Assembly: GCF_006345805.1 (NCBI RefSeq)
Contig: NC_042998.1
Coordinates: forward strand, 18,848,001-18,912,000
Direction: 5' to 3'
DNA: 64,000 bases
From: Octopus sinensis
Lineage: Eukaryota
Position numbers and translations under genes: made by a program. Of this stretch, positions 1 through 11,390 are shown one piece after another. The notes under the pieces are model-generated. The model did no database searches, had not been told where the DNA came from, and saw only the letters and a list, made by a program, of their open reading frames with translations. The first letter of the stretch is position 1. Every line of letters starts with the position of its first letter.

Positions 1-301
1 ATATATATATATATATATATATAGATAGATACCAGGGGATTGCTCTGATCCAACTCACGAAGTTTGTTATTAATTACAATTTTCTCCATAGCTATTGGTC
101 GAAATGATGAAGCTTTATGAAACATTTAATAACTTCAGATTGGCAAGGATACACACTTTGATAAATTAATCATATACATGTAAACAAAAACAACACACGC
201 ACACACACACAAGCAGAATTACAGGCATACAACTCCTATGATTCACACGCGTGTATATTTGTGAATATTCATAGTTGTATACATGCATAAAGACATATAT
301 A

Positions 302-396
<95 letters not shown>

Positions 397-482
397 GTAT
401 ATATGTTTGTGCGTGTTTGCATTTATAAATATTATATATATAAACTCCACACATACTACCCACGAACGAACACACACACATG

Positions 483-549
<67 letters not shown>

Positions 550-584
550 AATGTTATAGAGATGTGTATATGTACTATGGTTCG

Positions 585-867
585 CTTTTGCCAAACCGCT
601 AAGTAACGGACGCAGAAACACACCAGCATCGGTGGTCAACACAGACACAGACACACAAACACATACATGCACGCATACTCACAGATAGATAGATAGACAG
701 ACAGATAAATAAATAGGACGGGCTTCTTTCAGTTTCCGTCTACCAAATCCACTTCGGTCGCCCCGAGGCTAAAGTAGAAGAGACTTGCCCAAGGTTCCAC
801 GCAGTGAGGCTGAACACGGAACTATGTGGATAGGAAGCAAGCTTCTTACCACACAGCCACACCTGCG
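585..867 (-). mobile_element. tRNA-derived SINE family A (partial)
   Basis: Head with A box TGGCTGTGTGG; body GTAGACGGAAACTGAAAGAAGCCC shared by many copies in the window. Confidence 0.85.
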
Positions 868-1048
868 ACTTATCGATACATACTGAATGCTTTATTGATA
901 TCTGCCAATTTTCTTTCTAGATATATATGTTTGTGTGTGTGTGTGTGCGTGTGTGTGTGTGTGTGCATGTGCTTCCCAAACACGCACACACACAAATGAT
1001 TATATATATATATATAATATATTACCTGTATAAATATCCAAGGTTACA

Positions 1049-1101
<53 letters not shown>

Positions 1102-1115
1102 CTTCTTTCTCTCTC

Positions 1116-1172
<57 letters not shown>

Positions 1173-1197
1173 TCTCTATATATATTATATATATATA

Positions 1198-1257
<60 letters not shown>

Positions 1258-1442
1258 GTGTGTCTACACATAAACATATATGTCTGTAATTATTTATAAA
1301 TATATATTATATTATATAAGAGATATATAGTTTATCAATTTTATCTTTGTCTCTCTTTGTATATATCTTCACACACACACACACACACATATATGTTTAT
1401 ATGTTTATATGTTTACTGTTTCATTCAAATAAAATCATCAGG

Positions 1443-1604
1443 TGCAGGTGAGGCTGTGTGGCAAGAAGCTTACTCCCCAGACACATGGTTCCGGGTTCAT
1501 TCCCACCATGTGGCACCATAGGTAAGTGTCTTTTAGTATATATATCGGATCGACGAAAGCCGTGTCAGTGGATCTGGTAGACTGAAACTGAAAGAAGTCC
1601 GTCG
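1443..1604 (+). mobile_element. SINE family A, head half
   Basis: Homologous to the 5' half of 5188-5591. Confidence 0.8.
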
Positions 1605-2341
1605 GACGCTAAGCATCCATTTTGAAGCGAATCCACTCTATACTGTTTTGTCCACTATCCTTCTCTAGTTCCCTGTTTCTTCACCGTTTTCTATATTCTA
1701 TATTATCTCTCTCTCTCTCTCTCTCTCAGTTCACTTCTTTCCTCTCTCTCTCGTTGCTCACATGTGACCATCGTCCATATTTCTTTTCCCTACGTGACCA
1801 TCTTTCTTTTCTTGCACGGACGTTCTAAAGACTGGATGTCTTCTATCTCTTTCTTGTTTCATCTCTTTTCAAAGAAAATATTTCTCTCAGCGTTCACTAT
1901 TTTCCCTTCGTTCTGGTCTAACGACCTCCCATCTTTGTTTCCGTTCCGTTTCCTTGTATGTCTCCTTTGTCCAGTTTTTGCTTCCAACTTAAACCCTCCA
2001 TAAAATCCCAAGTTTTATTTTGGAAGTTATGGGAGCAACTGACTTCGAAGACTCATATTTTCATTGAATAATTGAAATGAGGTGTAGCTAGACAGCCGTC
2101 AACTGATGAAGGGTTACTGAGTTACTTGTCCTGTTTTCCATATTTCGTTGTTTCCTTATTCAACTAATTTGTTTTCGTACATCATGTTGTTTACGATTGG
2201 TGACGTCACGTACATATATTTACATATATGTATATATATATGCGTGTGTGTATATATATATATCATGTACATATATATGTGTGTGTGTTTATATATATCA
2301 TTTATATTATACATACATACATATATATATATGTGTGTGTG

Positions 2342-2533
2342 AGTTTGTTCCCCCACCAATTGATGTTGATGTGTTTACGTGCCCATAAATTAGCGGTTCG
2401 GCAAAAGAGACCGATTGAATAAGTACTAGGCTTACAAAGAATATGTCCCGGGATTGATTTATTCGACTAAGCGGTGCTCAGGCATGGCCGCAGTCAATTG
2501 ACTGAAACAAGTGGAAGAACAAAAGATACATAC

Positions 2534-2567
<34 letters not shown>

Positions 2568-2778
2568 TGCATATTATACATGAAATATATATATAGGCTC
2601 GGGAGAGGCTGTGTGGTAAGTAGTTGGCTTACCAACCACATGGGTTCGGGTTCATTTCCACTGCGTCGTACCTTGGCCAAATGTATTCTACTATAGCCTC
2701 GGGCCGACGAAAGCCTTGTGAGTGGATTTGGTAAGCGGAAAGTGGAAGAAGCCCGTCGTATATATGCATATATGTATA

Positions 2779-2843
<65 letters not shown>

Positions 2844-3076
2844 TGTGTGTGTGTGTGTGTGTCTGTGTCTGTGTTTGTCCTCCCGCCAACATAGCTTGAC
2901 AACCGATGTTGGTTTGTTTGCGTCCCCGTAATCTAGCGGTTCGGCAAAAGACAGAACCGATAGAATAAGTACTAGGCTTCCAAAGAATAAGTCCTGGTGT
3001 TGATTTGCTCTGACAAAAAGGTGTGCTCCAGCATGGCCGCTGTCAAATGCCTGAAACAAGTTAAAGACTAAAGAGT

Positions 3077-3077
<1 letters not shown>
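2342..3077 (+). mobile_element. SINE family A: tail fragment (2342-2527) and full copy (2595-3077)
   Basis: Shared head, internal microsatellite and tail GCATGGCCGCAGTCAAATGACTGAAACAAG. Confidence 0.88.
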
Positions 3078-3140
<63 letters not shown>

Positions 3141-3927
3141 ATATCATTACGTACACATTCATAATTATATCTAAATACATATTTACAAACACGTCTCAAC
3201 CGACGTAACTACGGTGGCATAATATTACAGACATAGAGCCAATGGTAAATAGTTATTTCTTAAGTTTTTCTTTACTTCTTTTCTTATATATTGATCTCTT
3301 ACTGTCTGCAGATATTCGTATCGTGTGCATTAAATGCTTTTTACTGTAATGCCATTCATTTAGCTTCGTGTAGACTTCTTGATATTGCTTTAGTGTTAAG
3401 AGCTTGTAGAGCAGACGTATTTAAATTCAGAGTGGCGCCCTTAAAGTCAGGCATATGACATATTATACTGAACGATTAATCTGCAGCCGTCAACAAACAC
3501 TAGACGTAGTTTAGATGTTGATATATGGAGCAGAGGCAACAAACACACAGACACACTAATTTGATGCCCAAGCACACACACTACGTATCTAGATATGTGT
3601 GTGTGTGCGTGTGTGTGTGCAGATGCGTTTGTACATGTAAGTATTTATGCATGTATGAATATATGTGTGATAAATGTTATCTGATATAGAAACTCCATAC
3701 GATGAGCGTATATACATTTATAAATACATAAATACATACATACATACATACATACATACATACATACTTACATATGTATATGTGTACATGCATACATACA
3801 TATATACATATATACATACATATATGCGTATATATGCATATATATAAACATACACACGCGTGTATTTATATATATATATATATGTATACACACGTGTTTG
3901 TATATATATATATGTATATATATATAA

Positions 3928-3958
<31 letters not shown>

Positions 3959-4222
3959 CATGTATGGATATATATATATATTATATGTGTGTGTGTGTGT
4001 ATTTCTTTCTCCCTCTCTCTCTCTCTCTATCTATATATATATTTATATATATACGTGTATTTATATGTGTATAAACCGATAAGGAGATAATGGGGTGTCG
4101 TTAAGATAAATATATTCACTGTTTAGTTTGGCAGGCAGATAGGGAATGAAATATTACAAATGTCTCTGAGCTTAAACGTGCTCACATACATATGTGTGTG
4201 TGTGTGTTTATGTAGGTATGTA

Positions 4223-4428
4223 CGAGGTGGGGTGCTAAAAACATCCAGGTTGTAGTTAAAAGAAAATACATGATGCTTTCTTAATTATGATTTTATTGAA
4301 CATATTCCTGCACTTACTGCTACTGTCGTTCAGTTTTTCTAAGCCATGTAAAAGAACTTGTAACGTTTGACCTCCAACTAGGTCTCTCGCAATACCCTGA
4401 AAGCCAGGAACATTTTAGCTCCCCCTCG
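4223..4428. mobile_element. Mariner-derived MITE
   Basis: TA-CGAGGTGGGGTGCTAAAA ... TTTTAGCTCCCCCTCG imperfect TIRs, ~205 bp, non-coding. Confidence 0.65.
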
Positions 4429-5187
4429 TGTTTCTGTATTCATACAATTTCTGCATATAATCATAACTGCATATATACGTATATATGTATATTGTTTGTG
4501 GAAAGGTGCAATACCTCATTTCTTAAATATTTCTTCATTATATTCCTATTATAAAATAAAAGTGTTATTTCACTTCTTAAATTCACCCGACAAATTCAAG
4601 CGCAGAATGTCTAGCACTTAGGAATTAAAACCTGTTACGTGTCTGAGAATTATTAGCCATCATTTGGTGAATATATTTGAACAAAAATTGATGCTTAGCT
4701 ATCTTCAATTCATTTTGAATGAAATACTAGCTGAACTTGTTCCAACAAAAATGACGGCTAATTGTAGTATTTTATATATAAATGCGGTATAAAATAAGGT
4801 ACGTAACAATCACACATACAAACATTCACACACATGTACACATATACTCAGAGTTGAAATGCTGTTTGGTTTTTCTTTCAGCGTTGAACATTCACCATCC
4901 CATTTCCAATGAACACACACACAGAGACAAATATTCGCATACAGCCCTTTTACATAACGGACATATACTCACACAGAGTGAAAAGGCTGATTCCTTTTCA
5001 CCCCTTCCTTCCATATTAATCTTTCACCCCTCCTTTCTCTCATTGCCATTACTTTCTCTCATTCTCTCTCAGTCAGGGCTATTACTCTCACTTCTTCTTG
5101 TTCACTAAATTACTATTTTCTCTCCCCTCCTTTCACTTATACTACACTTTCTCATACTCCGACCTACTCCTACTCTGTATATATATA

Positions 5188-5591
5188 CAGGAGTGGCTGT
5201 GTGGTAAGTAGCTTGCTAACCAACTACATGGTTCCGGGTTCAGTCCCACTGCGTGGCATCTTGGGTAAGTGATTTCTGCTGTAGCCCCGGGCCCACCAAT
5301 GCCTTGTGAGTGGATTTGGTAGACGGAAACTGAAAGAAGCCTGTCGTATATATGTATATATATATATATGTATGTGTGTGTTTGTGTGTCTGTGTTTGTC
5401 CCCCTAGCATTGCTTGACAACCGATGCTGGTGTGTTTACGTCCCCGTAACTTAGCGGTTAGGCAAAAGAGACCGATAGAATAAGTACTGGGCTTACAAAG
5501 AATAAGTCCCGGGGTCGATTTGCTCGACTAAAGGTGGTGCTCCAGAATGGCCGCAGTCAAATGACTGAAACAAGTAAAAGAGTAAAAGAGT
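5188..5591 (+). mobile_element. SINE family A, full-length
   Basis: A box TGGCTGTGTGG, B box GGTTCAGTCCC, internal (TA)/(TG) tract, (AAAAGAGT)n tail. Confidence 0.92.
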
Positions 5592-6249
5592 ATATATATA
5601 TATTTCTAAGTTCCTCTAGCGGAGATACGAAAGCGGTACTGCATGTTAATAGTTATCGCCAAGCTAACATGGCAATCCAAGAACAATAGGACGAATGCTG
5701 CAGCTGATTAGCTCCAAGAGGCCATCACTATGTGACACACGAACCTATGTCCATTATAATCTTCGATCAGTGTGTGTGTGGGGGGGGGGCCGCTTCCACT
5801 TGCCGGTCTTGCATCTACAGATTAATTTCAGGGTATTTGCCCCTTATCAATATAGAGCAGCCGAACCAGGCAGGTGTCGCTGCTGACCATCTGTTCGAAG
5901 GATTATTTACCTAAATTCAGTCGAATACATCCACTGGTTTTCAAATATATATGCATATTTGAAATATATACCATGAAATTTGTCTCTAAATACATAGAGA
6001 AATACGTACATAACTCGTTTAACGTCATACTGTTACAAAGAGATAAACATCCCTCTTATGTACAACCATTAATGTTATACCACCTGATGAAATGAATCAA
6101 AGATAATGATCAACCGGGTGCTCACGGATACGATGGACTACACTCTAATCATTCCAGGAATACGTACTGTGATCTTAAGAGTCATGTGGTCTGTAGAATC
6201 GCACGTAGGGATTCATTAAAAGTTTATAAACTCCATCCAAGCATTATCG

Positions 6250-6348
<99 letters not shown>

Positions 6349-6358
6349 TTGTGTGTAA

Positions 6359-6391
<33 letters not shown>

Positions 6392-7930
6392 TCCCTTACT
6401 TATATTAGTTGCTTCTCTAGAGATAAAATCGTATAAATACAAAATGCTTAAATGTATATCAAATGAAGAACTATTTGATATTTGGTCGTGTATATATAAA
6501 ACAAATATTATTTGTAAATGAATAGTAACATTCATAAAATTTAATGATAACACTTGAAAAGAGCAATTTTGTGTCCATTCACAAAACGATATTAATGCTT
6601 TAATGATATTCTATATAGTAGTGAGCAGAGGTTATCATGAAAAGTCCACAAGTCAACTGAATGATTTACAGTGAAATATTTTCTGCTAACTCTTATCGTT
6701 ATTAACTCAAACAAAAGCAGGACTATTATTATGTTTACGTATAAAAATGGACTACTACCACTTGCTCCTAATATTTAAATATATTTCAGAATCGTATGTA
6801 AATTTCTTGTTGAATATAAACAATGAATACTACTCGATAAAGCTATGAGTTAACATCTGTTTTATTGTAGAAATTGAAGTTTTCGCTTGTAAAGCATCTT
6901 TCAATAATAAAATGGAAATATATATCAGAAAAAAGACGCAATGTATTATGTATTAGTCGGGCAGTATTTACTATTACATTCGATTTCTCTTCTGTTTCTG
7001 TAAAATTAATATTTAACAGATGTTTTATAGTAATTGTGGCATATCGTACGGAATTTTTGTAGCAACTACGAAACAACTGTCACATTTTGCGGTCAAAGCT
7101 GTGCCGATCATCATTCATATCTCTCTTGTTTCAATATAATTCTGAGCATTACCGTTTAAAGAAAATCCAGTTATGAACATCTAGAATATCAAACACGTTC
7201 ATGAAGGCTATGCCCACAATTGATTGTCATACGGTGCTTTTACATAAGTAATTCTAGAAGTTGCGCATCTGACATGCAGTACATGCAAATTTATAAATTT
7301 CTTTATTCCTGAAGTCTAAAAGCGTTCAACGATTTATAATGAGTGCTAATATAAACTGCAACACAGAAAATTTAATAAGTATATTACGACGTCTCATCTC
7401 GGAAGAAAAATACATCGCTAAGACAGAATATCTTTTGAACATGATCGTATTATATATAACAAAGAAATGGAACCAATCTCCCTGAGCATAAGTTTGAAGG
7501 TTTATATTTAAGATGTGTATTTTCTATAAATGTTTAAGAGAAATCCACAATGTCTAAAGAAGTTTGATATGTATAATAAATTCATTTTCTCCGAATCTGA
7601 ATGCTTAATAGTTCAAATTTAATAGAAACAACAAACTTACTTAGAGGAAATCATATGCAGTTATATCGTGACAAGTTCCAAGATTGATAAAGAAAAAAAA
7701 ATAGCTTCAAGGAGAAATAGCGTTTTGTTTTGACATATTTAAGTTTCATTGGCAATGATTTTTATTAATGAATTAATGAAGAGCATTAATATCATTTTTT
7801 CTGAAAGAAATGTTTTTATAAGTTTATTAACATTTTTCATCGGAGTACGTAAGACATGTACACACATACACATTTACATACAGACCAACCCATATATGTA
7901 AATATAAGTATATATGTCGATATATATATG

Positions 7931-8147
<217 letters not shown>

Positions 8148-8156
8148 ATATATATA

Positions 8157-8228
8157 TCAGAGGATGTGTAAACATCATGAGGGATGGTTTCATCCAAGCA
8201 AATACTGGTTTAATATCTAGTATTTATG
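8157..8228 (+). repeat. ~72 bp direct repeat flanking the array (further copies at 10220-10292 and 10949-11014)
   Basis: TCAGAGGATGTGTAAACATCATGA(A)GGGATGGTTTCATCCAAGCAAATACTGGTTTAATATC occurs three times. The first two copies each follow an (AT)n tract. Confidence 0.95.
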
Positions 8229-8300
8229 TGTATATGTAAATATATATATATATGTCGATAATATATATATATAATATATATGTATGTATGTATATGTATG

Positions 8301-8334
<34 letters not shown>

Positions 8335-8582
8335 TATATATATATATATATAATATATATAATCAATCAATATAGGGTGGCAAAAAATTTTGTAGAATGT
8401 TTTTGCCACCAGCGGCCTAGTGGGAAAAAAAGTAAATAGTCATAGACCATTTTTAGTTCAACATCACAATCAAGGAACGGCCATAATAGGCCATTCACCC
8501 CTATAAATAAACAGCCAAAGCTTCAACGCAAAATAACATTAATTCCGTAAACCAGGAGAAAATTAAAAAACATTTACCCTGT

Positions 8583-8685
8583 ATTTCTTATACGATGCAC
8601 CGTTTCATCTACTGTTTAATGAACTAACCTGATTAAATTAAATCAAGCCAATCTTCCATAGGCCCTTAGAATCGTCAGTAAGAAT
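8583..8685 (-). ncRNA. Type I hammerhead ribozyme (unit 1)
   Basis: Same core. CUGACGA is the reverse complement of 8672-8678, GAAA of 8603-8606 and GUA of 8591-8593. There is a 1-nt deletion in stem I and a small deletion in stem II. Confidence 0.65.
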
Positions 8686-9063
8686 AGCCAGATCGGAACA
8701 GATATTTTCACGAGGCATTTCTGTCCCTGCCTCGCAATATCTGACCTAAAATTTTCAAATCATCGCACTCGCGCCAAATTTATCGGCAGCAAATAAGTAT
8801 AAGCCGCCGATTCCATTACGGAATTAACGAGAAAATTCATAATTAATCAATATAGGGTGGCAAAAAATTTTGTAGAATTTTTTTGCCACCAGCGGCCTAG
8901 TGGGAAAAAAATTAAATAGTCATAGACCATTTTTAAGTTCAACATCACAATCAAGGACGGCCATAATAGGCCATTCACCCACTAGAATAACAGCCAAAGC
9001 TTCAACCGCAAAATAACATTAATTCCGTAAACCAGGAGAAAATTAAAAAACATTTACCCTGTA

Positions 9064-9169
9064 ATTTCTATACGATGCACCGTTTCATCTACTGTTTAAT
9101 GGTAAACTAACCTGATTAAATTAAATCAAGCCAATCTTCCATAGGCCCTTAGAATCGTCAGTAAGAAAT
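9064..9169 (-). ncRNA. Type I hammerhead ribozyme (unit 2)
   Basis: Core intact, with CUGACGA as the reverse complement of 9155-9161. There is a 1-nt deletion in the 3' strand of stem I. Confidence 0.65.
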
Positions 9170-9550
9170 AGCCAGATCGGAACAGATATTTTCACGAGGC
9201 ATTTCTGTCCCTGCCTCGGCAATATCTGACCTAAAATTTTCAAATCATCGCACTCGCGCCAAATTTATCGGCAGCAAATAAGTATAAGCCGCCGATTCCA
9301 TTACGGAATTAACGAGAAAATTCATAATTAATCAATATAGGGTGGCAAAAAATTTTGTAGAATTTTTTTGCCACCAGCGGCCTAGTGGGAAAAAAATTAA
9401 ATAGTCATAGACCATTTTTAAGTTCAACATCACAATCAAGGAACGGCCATAATAGGCCATTCACCCACTAGAAATAACAGCCAAAGCTTCAACCGCAAAA
9501 TAACATTAATTCCGTAAACCAGGAGAAAATTAAAAAACATTTACCCTGTA

Positions 9551-9657
9551 ATTTCTTATACGATGCACCGTTTCATCTACTGTTTAATGGTAAACTAACC
9601 TGATTAAATTAAATCAAGCCAATCTTCCATAGGCCCTTAGAATCGTCAGTAAGAAAT
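9551..9657 (-). ncRNA. Type I hammerhead ribozyme (best copy, unit 3)
   Basis: Minus strand reads AUUUCUUA-CUGACGA-[extended stem II]-GAAA-CGG-UGCA-UCG-UA/UAAGAAAU. Stem I is an 8-bp perfect helix flush with the core. Stem III is ACGG/UCGU with a UGCA loop, and the cleavage triplet is GUA (9559-9561). Deviation: the 10.1-11.1 pair is U.U rather than the usual G-C. Confidence 0.78.
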
Positions 9658-9966
9658 AGCCAGATCGGAACAGATATTTTCACGAGGCATTTCTGTCCCT
9701 GCCTCGGCAATATCTGACAAAATGGTCTATGACTATTTAATTTTTTTCCCACTAGGCCGCTGGTGGCAAAAAAATTCTACAAAATTTTTGCCACCCTATA
9801 TTGATTAATTATGAATTTTCTGGTTAATTCCGTAATGGAATCGGCGGCTTATACTTATTTGCTGCCGATAAATTTGGCGCGAGTGCGATGATTTGAAAAT
9901 TTTAGGTCAGATATTGCCGAGGCAGGGACAGAAATGCCTCGTGAAAATATCTGCTCCGATCTGGCT

Positions 9967-10073
9967 ATTTCTTACTGACGATTCTAAGGGCCTATGGAAG
10001 ATTGGCTTGATTTAATTTAATCAGGTTAGTTTACCATTAAACAGTAGATGAAACGGTGCATCGTATCAGAAAT
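9967..10073 (+). ncRNA. Type I hammerhead ribozyme (inverted unit 4)
   Basis: ATTTCTTA 9967-9974, CTGACGA 9975-9981, GAAA 10050-10053, GTA 10063-10065. The 3' strand of stem I, TCAGAAAT, has one mismatch. Confidence 0.68.
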
Positions 10074-10194
10074 TACAGGGTAAATGTTTATTTAATTTTC
10101 TCCTGGTTTACGGAATTAATGTTATTTTGCGGTTGAAGCTTTGGCTGTTATTTCTAGTGGGTGAATGGCCTATTATGGCCGTTCCTTGACTGTG

Positions 10195-10225
<31 letters not shown>

Positions 10226-10354
10226 GATGTGTAAACATCATGAAGGGATGGTTTCATCCAAGCAAATACTGGTTTAATATCTAGTATTTATGGGGAAAGA
10301 ATTTCTTTAAAATAATAAGTATATATATAAAAAAAAACATATAGTTTATAATCG

Positions 10355-10708
10355 TTTAAACGAAGAAAAGAAAATGGAGATTAGGAAGTTAATAATTGTT
10401 TATTATTAAAAGCAAATTGTTCATTTCCACTTACAACCGTTTCAATTAATACTCAATAAACATTAAATTCACATAAATGTGACATGAACACAATGTCATC
10501 AGAGGAGAAAAGATGAACATTTGGACTAAATTGTGTGTTTATGAATTCATTAAGCAGACTGATGATGTTGTGCCCGTGTCACACGCCAATGCAAATTTAC
10601 TGTTTATTAAGTATTAATTGAAACGGCTGTCAGTGAAGATGACTTATTTGCTGTTAATAATAAGCAATTATTAACTTCCTAATCTCCAATTTCCTTTCTT
10701 CTTTTAAA
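10355..10708. mobile_element. MITE-like fold-back element with ~105 bp imperfect terminal inverted repeats
   Basis: 10358-10462 is approximately the reverse complement of 10601-10705. Both ends are TTTAAA. Confidence 0.75.
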
Positions 10709-11048
10709 TGTATATATATATATATATATAGTGTGTGTATGTGTGTGTGTGAGAGAGAGAGGAGAGAGAGAGAGTAAATGGCTAACGTCAGCCGAGTGTA
10801 ACTTTGGGTTATTTCCAGAGAAGCACTCAACTTGAAAACTGGGCTGAAAACACTGTCGGGATCCAAGCCGAGGCCGGAATACCTCTGGTGTAGAAAATCC
10901 AAGTTTCACGACGATTATAGCGTCATATGGATTGGCGAAGAGTATATATCCGAGGATGTGTAAACATCATGAAGGGATGGTTTCATCCAAGCAAATACTG
11001 GTTTAATATCCAGTGATGTGTTCTTTCTTTGTCTTCTTCTCTTCATTG

Positions 11049-11079
<31 letters not shown>

Positions 11080-11080
11080 A

Positions 11081-11144
<64 letters not shown>

Positions 11145-11233
11145 CTCTCTCTATCTTTTATCTATCTATCTATCTATCTATCTAACTTTCTGTCTATAAT
11201 ATATATATCTATATCTATATATATATCTATATC

Positions 11234-11295
<62 letters not shown>

Positions 11296-11296
11296 T

Positions 11297-11336
<40 letters not shown>

Positions 11337-11390
11337 CTACAATACAATAATATTATTTCCTTTAGACAATATTATCTATTTACATACATA

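Larger units (their letters stand above)
8365..10196. repeat. Array of a ~480-488 bp highly structured non-coding unit: 2.8 head-to-tail copies (8365-9718) plus one inverted, circularly permuted copy (9719-10196); candidate retrozyme concatemer
   Basis: TATAGGGTGGC recurs at 8371, 8851 and 9336. From 9719 the sequence is the reverse complement of the unit. The ORF track lists no ORF of 60 aa or more within the array. Many internal hairpins. Confidence 0.95.

Noticed and set aside
8365-10196. CRISPR array, group I intron, or sequencing adapter/control as explanation of the 480-bp array
   Set aside because: No short repeat-spacer pattern. No same-strand GACUA/UAGUC P7 pair. It does not match the adapter sequences I remember, and a complete hammerhead fold is not expected in a control. 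A UniVec/nt BLAST is still advisable.
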